Source of the DNA: Octopus sinensis
Lineage: Eukaryota
Assembly: GCF_006345805.1 (NCBI RefSeq)
Contig: NC_042999.1
Coordinates: 13,454,001 to 13,518,000 of the forward strand
DNA length: 64,000 nt
Direction of reading: 5' to 3'
The notes under the pieces are model-generated. The model saw nothing but the letters and a program-made list of their open reading frames with translations, made no database searches and was not told the DNA's origin. The position numbers and the translations under genes were made by a program. How positions within the stretch are numbered: the stretch's first letter is position 1; every line of letters starts with the position of its first letter. Shown here in pieces: positions 25,573 through 38,758 of this stretch.

Positions 25573-28094
25573 TATTTGCTTAAATGCGTATTCAGTTTCT
25601 TCACTAGTTTAAAGTTACGCAACGTTTCTATTTCCGTCTTATCATCGAGTTTATTGCGCAATTTCCATTAATATATCGCCAAGTAACATCGTCCAGCATT
25701 ATTCAATGTTTAGTCATCTTACACAATGTCTTACTCAGTACTTGAACCAAGAATCCAGCGCTTGTGAAAACTTTTCAGCTTGTGATGCATCTTGAAACTT
25801 ACATAAGAAAGCTATTTGAAAAATCCGAGACAAATCTGTCTGGCAAAATACCATTTACCTCCAACTGGTATCCAATGTTATATATTAAACGCTTGAAAGT
25901 ACTCAACCAGTTGAAAGTGTACAATTTCTTTGTCTGCTAGGCAAAAGTTAGAAATTCAAGAAATTGAGATATTTCTTTAAAATAATTACAGACGATAAAA
26001 AAACGTCTATATGCATTCTTGTCATAGCATTTTATTAATTGCGCCATCGTGAAGCTACTTGAGTGAATTCAAACATCTTGCAGTAACATTATATTTTTCT
26101 TGTTGAAATGCTATTAAAACCGTTGCAAATTGTTCTTAAGAAAGAAAATTATGTAATACAGAAATTTATTTCAGCAGTAGTCTGAAATAGCATCAAATTA
26201 TTGCTAGAAAAACGTTGCTGATAATGTGTTAATTAAAAAATAAAATAACGAGAACGACTTGTTTATAAAATGTTCGTGAAATATTGGATTAAAACGTATC
26301 AGAAAAAAAAGTAATCAATTTTTTAATTATTAATTGAGAACAGAATTTAATGCTGTGGAGTTCAACAGCAAAATCTAATTGAGGTATCAATGGCTTATTT
26401 GCAAAACGAAGTTGAAGGTGGATTATTTGGAAAACGAAACTGAAGGAGGTATGAGATAGGAATAATTGTATGGTTAAGAAGCTCGCATTGCTACCACATG
26501 GTTTTGGGTTCAATCCCACTGCGCGGCACCTCGAGCAAGTGTCTTTTTATTATAGCTCCAGACCGACCTCGTTGAGTAGTTTTAGTAAAAGGAAACTGTG
26601 GGGAAGCCCACCCCCGTGATATATGTATGCGCTTGTCCATCACTACCACTTGCAAACCGGTGTTATTTTGTTTATGTTTCTATAGCTTAGCAGTTTCTCA
26701 AATAAGTACCACACTTTAAAAATAAATATTATTGAGGTCGATTTCTTCGATGAAACCTTTGAAGGCGGTGCTCCAGCATGACCACAGCCCAGTGACTAAA
26801 ACAAAGGCAAAAGATGAAGGAAGAAGTTTTATTGTTCTTTATCAATTTTGTCGAGTATTTCCATTGAATTTCTTTAAATATCCTGCTGCGTCTTGGTGGG
26901 GTCATCACGCCAAAAGTGATAACAACACACACACTGATTCAATATCCTTTCTTCATTGTTAGCCAGTCGGTTAAACATCTGTTTGGGTATATCTTATCAG
27001 AAAGCAGTAATGGCACAAATGAAAGAAGAAATTATTATTTTCAATCAAGAAATAGTTGATTTCTTATACTTTTCAATTTTATTTTTAAAATTGACACAAG
27101 AATTGAAAATTTGTAAACGATCCCATCACTGGGGGCGGGGTCAAGAAGTTTGCTGACCCTCTGGCGTAGATAGATTTGAGAAGCAGCAGTTGTTATTGTT
27201 CTGACTTAGATTAGCCTTGGTCGAGCAGGCCAACGTTTAAAGGCACAAGCATAGCTAGAATGTGTGCTGCCCGGGGCAGCCCTTCCGTTTACCGCCCCCG
27301 GACTCCACAAAAAACACATAATGCCTACAGCAGACCCAAAAGTGCCACCCAGGACGGACCACCCCTACCGCCACCCTCCCTAGTTATTTCTTATTTCTTT
27401 ATTGCCCACAAGGGGCTAAACATAGAGAGGACAAACAAGGACAGACAAACGGATTAAGTCGATTACATCAACCCCCGTGCGTAACTGGTACTTAATTATC
27501 GACCCCGAAAGGATGAAAGGCAAAGTGGACCTCGGCGGAATTTGAACTCAGAACGTAGCGGCAGACGAAAGACAACTAAGCATTTCGCCCGGCCTGCTAA
27601 CGTTTCTGCCAGCTCGCCGCCTTCCACCCTCCCTAGCTACGCAGGTGTTTAAAGGTGTTCCACATATGATCATCCTACCTAACTATATATCAGTACTTAA
27701 TTGTTCTGTGTATTGTTTTTTTTTTTTCTAATGGTGTTAGTAAAGGATTTGAAGGAAATTTGACTTTTATTTCAAGCTGGTTGAACGATATTTTACAAGC
27801 TTCTTATTCCTGTAAGCGACGGATTTGAGAAAAGGGGACTCAAAGTTGGTAGATTGTACCCCGAGAGAGATGAAATATAGCGACATATCTATTTATGATT
27901 TCGTGAGTTCAGACCTCAGATTATAGAGAGAGGCATGTGATTTTTTTTTTTTGTTCTTTTAATTCAAATTATTATCTTAATTAGAGTCAACTGCTAAATA
28001 GTTTATTTCATCAATAAATTATATTGATTAGTACTCTATTAATTTATTTAAAAAATAGCTGAGGGAAACAACATGTATCAAAAAAAATAGCATA

Positions 28095-28468
28095 TCTCTC
28101 TATATATAAAGCTGAAGTTGTCTGTGTATGGCAGGTTTGGTAGCCTGCAACTAACACTATCTCCTCCAGGACTCTGCGGCACAAGTTGACCAAAATTGAC
28201 AGTATGATAGAAGAAGGCTTGCTCTTCCTTCCGTAGAAGAAAAAATTCAAATCGGACCATGTTAACACCAAGAATTTTCTATGAAAATCCCTATATTTTA
28301 CGATATTTTGACTGCTGTGTCGCCATTTTTCGGTGTATTTCAACCAGAAAAATGTTCACTTAAAGAGAATAACAAGCTACATAATGCAATTTTTTTACTT
28401 TTCAAAAATTCCAATTCTAAAGGGTCGAAAGGAAAACAAACCCAAGCAATGCCGGGCGATACTGCTAG
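28095..28468 (+). mobile_element. Non-autonomous Helitron
   Basis: A|TCTCTCTATATATAAAG ... CCCAAGCAATGCCGGGCGATACTGCTAG|T. Confidence 0.85.
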
Positions 28469-28699
28469 TATACTGTTATTTGGAAGTCGTTGGTGATATC
28501 GAAGCATTCTATTCGCTCACGAGAAGTCGAAAAAGGGAAATAACTCGCGTAGGAAAAAGGGATAGATTTTGGTGTTTCAGATAAGGGATTTTACTAAATT
28601 GACGTCCGCAAAAACTTCTCAGTGATTTAACATTTGCTTTTTAGTTGATAAAAGAAAACAAAAATAATGTACCAGTCAAATGCCGAGTTTCGTGTAGTT

Positions 28700-28753
<54 letters not shown>

Positions 28754-28775
28754 AGTGTGTGTGTGTGTATGTGTG

Positions 28776-29100
28776 AAGGCGCGCAGCTTAATGGTTAGGG
28801 TGTTCGGCCCACGATCGTAAGGTTGTGAATTCGATTCCCAGCGGCGCGCAGTGTCCTTGAGCAAGACACTTTATTTCACTTTGTTCCGGACCACTCATCT
28901 GATAAAAATTAACACTACCTGTATATTCAAATGGCCAGCCTTGTCACACACTTTGTCACACTGGACCTTCTTGAGAACTACGTTAAGGGTTCGTGGGTCT
29001 GTGAAGTGCTCAGCCACTTACACGTTAGTTTCACGACCAGGTTGCTCTGTTCATCGGATCGACTGGAACACTCGTCGTTGTTAACCGACGGAGTGCCGGT
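28776..29100 (+). mobile_element. tRNA-derived SINE family C
   Basis: GAAGGCGCGCAGCTTAATGGTTAGGG...GTTGTGAATTCGATTCCC head, CORE-like TCCTTGAGCAAGACACTTTATTTCAC, 3' end AACCGACGGAGTGCC. Related copies or heads, approximate: 5966-6212, 18800-18958, 20080-20305, 40585-40916, 40958-41162, 45095-45240, 55425-55570, 60222-60350 (+); 12640-13000, 50560-50655, 55590-55710 (-). Confidence 0.8.
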
Positions 29101-29192
29101 GTTGATTTAGTTTGGTTCTAATTAAATCTTTCCTTTCTTCCAAATTTCTGACCAATTATTTTCATGTTTTTTTCTTTTCTTTATTCATTTAG

Positions 29193-29575
29193 ACGAACAA
29201 ACGAAGAAACTACAGGAAGTACAAGAAAAGAACATCGAACTTGATTTGGAAGTCAAACAGCTTACAGAGGAGCTCTCTACGGTTAAGGATGAATCAACCA
29301 TCAAAGAAAATGAATTATTTGCAGAACTTCATTCTTTACAAGAGAAATACAGCGTACTTTCAAACTTATTGGATATCGTCAAAGAACGAGCGGATGAGGC
29401 GGAGATGGAACTGGAAAAGTTCCGTTGCTCATCTTCAACACACTCAGCCCGCAGTGCTTCAAATGTCAGCGCTCTCAGTGACGCAAGCCTTGGCAGTGAC
29501 GACGTATTCTTGGTGCCACGTTCACCAGGTAGCACTAGACCGGAAGATGAGGTCGTCATTGATAAAGACTGGGAG
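29193..29575 (+). CDS. Internal exon of an unnamed coiled-coil protein gene (phase 1 to 0)
   Basis: Pyrimidine tract and AG (ttcttttctttattcatttag) at 29191-92; donor GAG|gtgagt at 29576. Open frame (D)EQTKKLQEVQEKNIELDLEVKQLTEELSTVKDE...SASNVSALSDASLGSDDVF...DKDWE: E/K/L-rich heptads followed by a Ser-rich linker. Confidence 0.9.
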
Positions 29576-29598
29576 GTGAGTAATGCAACAAAGCTTTC

Positions 29599-30035
29599 GG
29601 ATCTCTTCGGTTTGACCGGCAGTTTTTTAAAATAATTTCCGCGTAACTAAACACATTTAAACTTCGTATACTGGTAGAATGTGTTTATAAAACATCTTTT
29701 TCTCTTGGCTTTATTGAGAAAATTCTATAGTTTGAAAGATATTTGTTGTTGTTTTTTTCTTCAATTTCTGCAATTTCAACCAATCAATGACGTCTATTGA
29801 AGGTGAAAACATTCTGTGCCGTATGAATATGTCCCTCGTTTAAGAAACAGATTGGGTTTATTTACATTTCTGAAGAAAAAAAGATACCCTTCCCCTACCC
29901 CTAACCCTAACTCTAACCCTAACCCTATCCCTAAAACAGATTGAAATGCAATAGATCGATACTAGGGTCATAATTATGGGTGACAATTTCATATGACACC
30001 GCTAGAAAAAACTGCCGTTCAAACCGAAAAGATCC
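29599..30035. mobile_element. Merlin-like MITE, second copy
   Basis: Same TIRs; TSD AAGCTTTC at 29591-98 and 30036-43. Confidence 0.85.
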
Positions 30036-31383
30036 AAGCTTTCTTTCATTTACGTTGTTGTTGTTGTTGTTGTATCTCGGTGGGGTCATTACGCCAATAA
30101 TAAACACGCGCACACAACATTAAGAACCTTACAAACGAAATACAAAATCGAAGCGTTTATTCATTTCCTTTTTTCATTTCTTTAAATTGTTTTCTTTACT
30201 CCACGTCTTTTCCTTTTCTCTTCTTCCTCGTTCTTTTCTTAAACATCCTCTCTCATTTCCTTCTTTTTCTTTGTCCTCTTTTTCTTCTACTTTCGCTCTT
30301 CTTTTTCTTTATTCCTTCTTTATTTCTTTTATCTCAACTCTTTCCTTCTTTATCTCTTTTATCTTATTTCTTTCCCTCCTAGTTTTCCTCTCTCCTACAT
30401 AATCTCCACTTTTTCTACATTCCTCCTCATTTATCTCCCTTACCTCTCTCCTCTTTTCTCCACCATTTTCTTTTCATTTCTCTCTTTATTTTGTCGTTTC
30501 TTTCTTCTACTCTTCCCTTCTCTTTTACTTCGCTTTTTCCTTCTTTCTCCTACTTTTCTCTTATCTCTCTTACTTCCTCTCTCATTTCTCCCATGTCTTT
30601 CCTTCGTGCCCCTACATTCTCTCTTGCCCTTTTAACGTGATAATCAAACTTTCAGTTCTTCAGTTTAACTTGTGTGTGTCTGTATGCGTGTGTTTATTCG
30701 TGTGTGTTAGTGTGTGGTATTTGTGTACATCAAGGCAACGACCTGGCAAAATCGTTAACACACGAGTGAAAATGTTTAGTAACATTTCGTCCGTCATAAC
30801 GTTCTGAGTTCAACTTCTGCCGAGGTTTCGATTTTACTTTTCATCCTTTCGGAGTCGATAAAATATATACTAATTGACTATTGGGGTCCATATAATCGAC
30901 TATCCCCGCCCCAAAAATTTCAGGCCATGTGCCAAAATTTTAAATCGACATTTGTGCACACCATTTACGTCTATGGTATAATTACGTATCGGTTACATAC
31001 AGAATGTAACGTGTTATTATATAAAGGGCGAATCCCTCAAGATACCGAGACAGGAAACTATGCTGTTGTGAAATAAATCGAGGGGACATCACCATCGAGG
31101 AACAACAGACTCTTTGCTCTCTCTTTACTATTTTTCTTGTTTCAGTCATTTCACTGTGGCCATGCAGGAGCAACGCCTATAGTCGAACAAATCGACCCCA
31201 GGACTTATTCTTTGTAAGCCTACTACTTATTCTATCGGTCTGTTTTGCCGAACCGCTAGGTTACGGGGACGTAAACACACCAGTATCGGTTGTCAAGCGA
31301 TGTTGGGGGACAATCGCAGACACACAAACATATACATATACACACACATACATACATACATACATACATATATACATACATAC

Positions 31384-31470
<87 letters not shown>

Positions 31471-31941
31471 CATATATATGACGGGCTTCTTTCAGTTTCC
31501 GTCTATCAAATCCACTCACAAGGCTTTGGTCGGCCCAAGGATATAGTAGAAGACACTTGCCCAAGATGCCAGGCAGTGGGACTGAACCCAGAACCATGTG
31601 GTTGGTAAGCAAGCTACTTACCACACAGCCACTCCTGCGCCTCAGTACAATCAATTTTATACTTCTGGAGCCGCTTAAAGCATTGAGTTGTTCTAAGCTT
31701 GCAGTAGTTACTTAAAAGTATATATTTCAATATATCATGTGCGAGCTAAACTCTATCTAGAGGTCTTTGACTTCGGGGTCAGTGATAGAACGCAACTCAT
31801 TGACCTCTTGTTGACCCTTAGATAGCCTGTCTGCTATCTCGCCTTTTTATGTGAATGACTATTCACAAAGATACAGGAGTAGATAAACAGACAAACAGAC
31901 GTGCAGACAGACAGACATGCAGATAGACAAACATGCAGCTT

Positions 31942-31987
<46 letters not shown>

Positions 31988-31988
31988 A

Positions 31989-32086
<98 letters not shown>

Positions 32087-32205
32087 GCAGATAGGCAGAC
32101 AGGCAGATATACAAGCAAACGTACAGACAGACAGACTCACACACACACACACACACACGCACGCACACACACACACACACACGGTTACGTATATAAATAT
32201 ATGTG

Positions 32206-32418
32206 TGCGCTGAAAAGTTCCTGGTTTTAAGGGTGTCGCGAAAGGTGTTGTTGGAGGCGTCAACCTTTCGAGTTCTTTTACAGGTCTTAGAAAAATTAAG
32301 GACTGCTGCAATAAGTATGTGAATCTGAGAGGAGAATTTGTTGAATAAAATCATAATTAACTGATCCTCCTGTATTTACTTTTACCTAAAGCCAGGAACT
32401 TTTTACTACCCCCTCGTT
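32206..32418 (+). mobile_element. Mariner-derived miniature element
   Basis: Imperfect TIRs CTGAAAAGTTCCTGGTTTTA / TAAAGCCAGGAACTTTTTACTACCCCCTCGT; interior retains the transposase C-terminus (...[10 protein letters not shown]). Confidence 0.65.
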
Positions 32419-32514
32419 TATATGAGAGGGAGAGGGAGGGGAGAAAAAGGGTATGAAAGAGAAGTAAATAATTACATAGTATTGATTTTATTAATTATTA
32501 ATTAATAAAATATA

Positions 32515-32685
32515 TTAATTTATCCCTTCTCTGGAACTTAATTTATTATCAATTTATCCCTTCTCTGGAACCTAATTTATTATTATAATTTATTAATTTA
32601 TCCCTTCTCTGGAATTTAAAATGTTAATTTATTCCTTCTCTGGAGCTTCATTTATTAAGTTATCCCTTCGCTGGAACTAAATTGT
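32515..32685. repeat. Short minisatellite (about 5 units with core TTATCCCTTCTCTGGAAC)
   Basis: Core recurs near 32520, 32553, 32598, 32629 and 32660. Confidence 0.8.
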
Positions 32686-32950
32686 TATATGGTTGTTGGC
32701 ATCCTTTTTGTCTCGGGAGACAATGGAGTTGCGCATAAAATAATCTAGTCCGGATTTTACATTTCATGTCCTAATACATCTCCTGCTGTGGATGTGTAGT
32801 CCTATCCTGGACAAACACTCCCTCTGGCAAGTGCCGCAAATATTATATGTTTATTTTATTTATATTGTTAATTTCCATATTTTCTGTTTTTTTTTTGTTT
32901 CTTTTTATTTATTTATTTATTTATTTCCTTTTTTATTTATTTTTCTGTAG

Positions 32951-33121
32951 AAACAGTTTCGCAAGCGTATTGGTTGTTTAGAGGCACTTTTGGCTGAGGA
33001 ACGTTCCAAACTGTTGGCATCGGAGAAAAAACTAAAATTAATCTCCACAGATATCGTATCAACGGGACTCTCAGATGATGCCAAACTACATCTGAGAGAG
33101 AAAGAACTCTTGCAAGAAGAG
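32951..33121 (+). CDS. Coiled-coil gene exon (phase 0-0, 57 codons)
   Basis: ttttctgtag|AAA acceptor, GAG|gtaata donor. [57 protein letters not shown], in frame with the previous exon. Confidence 0.9.
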
Positions 33122-33244
33122 GTAATATACTCACACACACACTCTCTCTCACACACTCTTCCGCTCTTTCTCTTCCTCCTTCTCTCTCACACACACACAT
33201 ATATATATACATATATATATATATATACATATATACATATATAC

Positions 33245-33308
<64 letters not shown>

Positions 33309-33575
33309 TTATGTATATATTATATATATGTTTGTGTATGTGTATGTATATATATATATATAATAAATCTCTGAGCTAGGTATAAACAGTAGCCACACGA
33401 CATCGTGAAGTATATTTGCCACCTAAATGTGGCTAACCATTAAGGGGTGATGCTATTGTAGCATATATATATATGAAAGAAGGTTTGAAAATATATAGGT
33501 AAGGTATATATATTTTAAAAAATTTATATACCTTACCTGTTATTAGTATGTGGCGAAAGAAGTTAATATTAATCA

Positions 33576-33654
33576 ACGCTACACGTGTTTCAGCACTGGT
33601 GGTTTGTTTTACCACACTATACCTAATGCATAAATCCACCAGTGCATCCTCAGG
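33576..33654 (-). ncRNA. Hammerhead ribozyme-like motif
   Basis: CUGAGGA-u-GCACUGGUGG..CCACCAGUGC-u-GAA-ACACGUGU-A. Perfect 10-bp stem II, palindromic stem III, GUA triplet; stem I is poor in this copy. Confidence 0.6.
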
Positions 33655-33898
33655 ATATTTTCCTCTTATTGTAATTATTATTATTATTAACGGATCCAAC
33701 TTAATCCGACAAATTCTAAGATATCTTCATTAAAAATAAGAATAAAAATATAAATATATATATATAACTTCTTAATATATTTTTTTTTACAAAATTTAAA
33801 AGATTTTAAGAATTAGAAAATTATAGAATTATAGAAGATTCGTAAAAATTTAATAAAATAAAGTTAAACACCTAAAAATACAATAGTGATATATATAT

Positions 33899-33968
<70 letters not shown>

Positions 33969-34039
33969 GCTAAACATAAAGAAGCCTTCATATATATGCA
34001 GAAAGTTGAAAAGTAACACACGAGTTGATATGTATAAGG

Positions 34040-34710
34040 AAAATAGGACATGTATGTATGTATAAATGTATGTATGTATGTATGTTTGTATGTATGTATG
34101 AATGTATGTATGCATGTATGTATGCATGTACGTATGCATGTATGTTTGTATGTATGAATGTATGTATATATGTATGCATGCATGTATGTATGTATGTATG
34201 TATGCATGCATGTATGTATGTATGTATGTATGTATGAATGTATGTATGAATGCATGTATGTATGTATGCATGTATGTATGCATATATGTATTATGTATGT
34301 ATGTATGTATGTATGTATGTATGCATGTATGTATGTATGAATGTATGTATGAATGCATGTATGTATGTATGCATGCATGTATGTATGTATGCATGTATGT
34401 ATGTATGTATGTATGTATGTGTATGTATGTATATATGTATGTATGTATGCATGCATGTATGTATGCATGTATGTTTGTGTGTATGTATGTATGCATGCAT
34501 GTATGTATGTATGTATGTATGTATGCATGTATGTATGTATGTTTGTATGTATGTATGTATGTATGTATGCATGCATGTATGTATGTATGTTTGTATGTAT
34601 GTATGTATGTATGTATGTATGTATGTATGTATGTATGTATGCATGCATGCATGTATGTATGTATGTTTGTATGTATGTATGTATATATGTATGTATGTAT
34701 GTATGTAAGT
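34040..34710. repeat. Long degenerate (TATG/CATA)n microsatellite
   Basis: Direct reading. Similar arrays at 37690-37900, 52090-52940, 62215-62465, 63610-63750. Confidence 0.95.
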
Positions 34711-34774
34711 ATTTATATCATCTTTTGTACTCTCAACTAACTTTTCTTTATTTATACTAATTTGTAATTTTCAG

Positions 34775-34900
34775 TTGCTGGAAAGTCAGAAACATATGCG
34801 AATTGCCAGCGACCAAATATCTGGTCTACGTGAGAGAATGCAAATACTTGAAGAAGAGAACTTACGTCTGAAAGAAGATTATAGGAAGCTAGAGATTGAA
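34775..34900 (+). CDS. Coiled-coil gene exon (phase 0-0, 42 codons)
   Basis: tttgtaattttcag|TTG acceptor, GAA|gtaagt donor. LLESQKHMRIASDQISGLRERMQILEEENLRLKEDYRKLEIE. Confidence 0.9.
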
Positions 34901-36002
34901 GTAAGTTAATTCTTCAGATTTTGAAATCCATGTCTATGTGTGTGCATGTGTATATTGGGCGAGAAAGCGCAAATGGAACGAGGAGAATAAGAAACGGACA
35001 GAGAGAGACGACGTGAGTGGTTAGAAGAAGTAGACAAAAATTTGAAAAGTAAAATACGAAATTTAAATTTATAAAATACAGAAAAAAAAGTAAAAATAAT
35101 GGTTGTGCAGAGGGAATAGTTCAGTGAAAGAGAGGGGAAGGAAAAAGAGACTGGCATTTCGTGTGTACACTTTATCCAGCGAGAGTAAGAAGCTAGATAA
35201 ACAGATAAAACAAGAGAAGGAAGGACACTTATTTGAAGCGTATGTGTATACCTCTGCGACATGCCGTAGAGCATGTTGAGTGTGTGTGTATGTGTGTATG
35301 TATGTATGTATGTATGTATGTATGTATGTATGTATGTATGTATGTATGTATATTATACATAATATACTACTTGCAGAAAGACCGCTCTCCGGGCAGTTTT
35401 CTGTGTGTTACTTGATAACATTTTCACATTTGATTCCCAATTGTAATAAAGAAGTGTTATAATATTCTCTGCCGTCGTGTCTAGAGAGACAATGTGAGAG
35501 AGAGAGGTGGTGTGAGAGAACACTGCAAACAAGAATCAAATAAACATGAAATGAAAAGATCGTATAAATATAATATATTTTACCGAATATTTAAATTTGT
35601 GAACTTGAAATATTCAACAATAAAAGGAGGTTCAGAAAGTAAATTTTCCCGAAAACTTAAATTCATAAAAAAAAACTCAGTTGCTTAGTAAATATTTGTT
35701 TCAGTAATTTATCGTAGCTGTAATATCTGTATTATTATATTTGAAATTTAAACAAACATCGAAGTAACCCAATGAAAATAGAGGCGAGAGAGAAATTGTT
35801 GCAAATGAAAACAGAAAATTTAGCCTGAAACGAATTGATATTTATTAAACATTAAAATCTACTCTGCATTCATTAAATACTCTGCAATGAATGCAACGCG
35901 TATTTAAATTTGGGAAAAACTCATAGTTCAAATATTGAATAATGTTCAGAAATCGAAATTACAGGAAATGTTTATATATATATCATGCACAGACAGACAG
36001 AC

Positions 36003-36033
<31 letters not shown>

Positions 36034-36152
36034 CACGCGCGCACGCACGCAAGCACGTACATACATACATACATACATACATACATACTACATACATACA
36101 TACATACATACATACATACATACACACACACCTGCATGCATATGTATATATA

Positions 36153-36940
36153 CAGGGTTATTCAAAAAGAATGAGCCGATTTCATCACGTAATATTTTAA
36201 TAAGAGAAGGCGGCGAGCTGGCAGAAATGTTAGCACACCGGGCAAGATGCTTAGCAGTATTTCGTCTGTCTTTACGTTCTTAGTTCAAATTCCGCCGAGG
36301 TCGGCTTTGCCTTTCATCCTTTCGGGGTCGATAAATTAAGTAACAGTTGCGCACTGGGATCGATCAAATCGACTGCCCCCCCCCCCCACACTCACTCCCA
36401 AAAAATTTTGGGCCTTGTGCCTAGAGTAGAAAAGAATATTTTAATAAGGAAAAGCAATAGAAAACTGCAGCTGAGTCACAAGTATTTCCTCACAATCAAC
36501 TTTTATTTCCCGTCTCACAAGTCTTCAATGTGGCCACCACCTGCAACACGAGCAACATCATTGCGATAAGAGAATTTCTCCCAGACGCATGTCAGCATAT
36601 CAAAAGCAAGTTCATTATGGAACTAAAGAATAAATTTGCTTTACTTGAGGCGATTTCAGAAGATATTGACGCAGAGGAAAAATGGAAAAACTTTGATAAA
36701 GCATTCAAACAGTCAACCAAAGAAGTACTCAGTGGATCGCGATATGCTGATACGCGTCTGGGAGGAATTCTCTTATCGCATTGATGTCGCCTGTGCTGCA
36801 GGTGGTGGCCACATTGAAACCTTATAAGACTGGAAATAAAAGTTGATTGTGAGTAAATACTTGTGATTTAGCTGGAGTTTTCTATCGCTTTTCCTTATTA
36901 AAATATTGCATAAAATCGGTTCATTCTTTTTGAATAATCA
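36153..36940. mobile_element. Tc1/mariner-derived fold-back element with long inverted arms, a nested SINE and a foreign spacer
   Basis: Left arm 36153-36601 (less the SINE at 36207-36440) is the reverse complement of 36741-36940. Arms carry DMLIRVWEEFSYRIDVACAAGGGHIETL*. TA flanks. Confidence 0.8.
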
Positions 36941-36943
36941 TAT

Positions 36944-36994
<51 letters not shown>

Positions 36995-37365
36995 ATTCAT
37001 ATGTTCTGTGGGCGTATGAAAATTATGGAAGATCGACTCAATAATAATTATAGCCATTGCTTGTTAATGAGCTTAAAAAGTTTGAGATGACTTTACTAAT
37101 GCTCTGACGTTCAAGTCTTTATACCAGCTTTTACATCTTTTAAACTGAATCTTGACAAATGACATGTGCAGAAAGACGTGTGTCTCTTCAGACGACAACA
37201 AAAGAACAGCGGTTTTCACGTGATTGGCAGACATGTTCTTTCAGTGCAGACGCTTTATTGTTAGATTAGTTTGCTTATTAGCTCGAGCTAACTGTACATA
37301 CGTATTCATACGTAAGCATACACATATACACACACATATATATATATGTGTGTGTGTGTATTTGT

Positions 37366-37413
<48 letters not shown>

Positions 37414-37429
37414 TATATATATATTATAT

Positions 37430-37463
<34 letters not shown>

Positions 37464-37869
37464 ATATATATATATATATAATATATATATATATACATAC
37501 ACATATATATATGTGTCTTTCTCGCTCTTTCTCACTCCCTCTCTCTTTCTCTCTCTCTATATATATACACACACATATATATATATGTGTGTGTGTGTAT
37601 GTGTGTGTGTGTATTTGTAGATATATATATATATTATACATGTATATATGTATTTATATATATATACATACATACATAAATAAATAAATACATGCATACA
37701 TACATGCATACATACATATATGCATATATGCATATTACACATACATACATACATGCATACATACATACATACATGCATACATACATACATACATACATAC
37801 ATACATACATACATACATACATGCATGCATACATACATACATACATACATACATACATACATACATACA

Positions 37870-37899
<30 letters not shown>

Positions 37900-37900
<1 letters not shown>

Positions 37901-38325
37901 GCACCAAACTTTGGCATTGAATGTTACACAAACAGCAGAGCGGCGTGACACTACACAGCGCCAAAGATCACAACACCTCCTTCAAGATACAGGTACAGAT
38001 ACTGCTGCAACAACTTGGATTTCAAGAACTTACAGCTGTTCAATGTCCTCCAAAACAAGCCTGAGAGACTCGCATGGGGTGGATGTAGGTGTCTTCAAAA
38101 CAAAACTGGATGTCTTCCTGTCAAGAGTTCCGGTTGAGCTTCCTTCGAAGCAGGAAGCGCAAATGAGGGTAGCAACAACAAACTCTCTCATTCACCAAAT
38201 GTCACATACCAGAAGTAGTTTCAAGTAGTGAAGTTGTAGCAAGGCTAACAGCGATGTCCCAGCATGGCCGCAACTCTTGAGCTCAAACTAGTTAAAAAAT
38301 TAAAGAGTTCAAGAGTTATATACTT
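37900..38325 (+). mobile_element. CR1-group LINE 3' fragment (second family)
   Basis: ...RDSHGVDVGVFKTKLDVFLSRVP... C-terminus plus 3' UTR; same family as 48290-48530(-). Confidence 0.75.
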
Positions 38326-38343
38326 ACATATATGTATACAGAA

Positions 38344-38758
38344 AAGGCGGTGAGCTGCAGAAACATTAGTACGTCGGGTTAAATGCTTAACGGTATTTCG
38401 TCTGCCGGTACGTTCTGAGTTCAAATTCCGCCGAGGTCGACTTTGCCTTTCATCCTTTCGGGGTCGATAAATTAAGTACCAGTTACGCACTGGGGTCGAT
38501 GTAATCGATTTAATACCTATGTCTGTCCTTGTTTGTCCCCTCTGTGTTTAGCCCCTTGTGGGTAATAAAGAAATAGGTATTTCGTCTGCCGTTACGTTCT
38601 GAGTTCAAATTCCACCGAGGTCGACTTTGCCTTTCATCCTTTCGTGGTTGATAAATTAAGTACCAGTTACGTACCGGGGTCGATGTAATCGACTTAATCC
38701 CTTTGTCTGTCCTTGTTTGTCTCCTCTGTGTTTAGCCCCTTGTGGGCAATAAAGAAAT
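38344..38758 (+). mobile_element. tRNA-derived SINE family B (two tandem units)
   Basis: AAGGCGG(T/C)GAGCTGGCAGAA head and central block CCGAGGTCGACTTTGCCTTTCATCCTTTCGGGGTCGATAAATTAAGTACCAG, which from memory resembles a deeply conserved Nin/Meta-type SINE domain. Other copies, approximate: 4620-4760, 7477-7815, 12062-12425, 14684-14895, 14965-15083, 15808-15978, 30740-30945, 36207-36440, 41845-41985, 44480-44660 (+); 16728-16960, 17812-18044, 27387-27622 (-). Confidence 0.85.

Noticed and set aside
33864-34760. Long ORFs of HTYI/MYVC/YIYI type (also 51968-52978, 23581-24078, 37557-38228, 62164-62487)
   Set aside because: Translations of (CATA)n, (TA)n and (CA)n microsatellites, which lack stops in several frames.
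36530-36784. 84-aa ORF with a coiled-coil-looking middle, a possible exon of the host gene
   Set aside because: It lies inside the fold-back element, has no convincing splice sites, and resembles a LINE linker.
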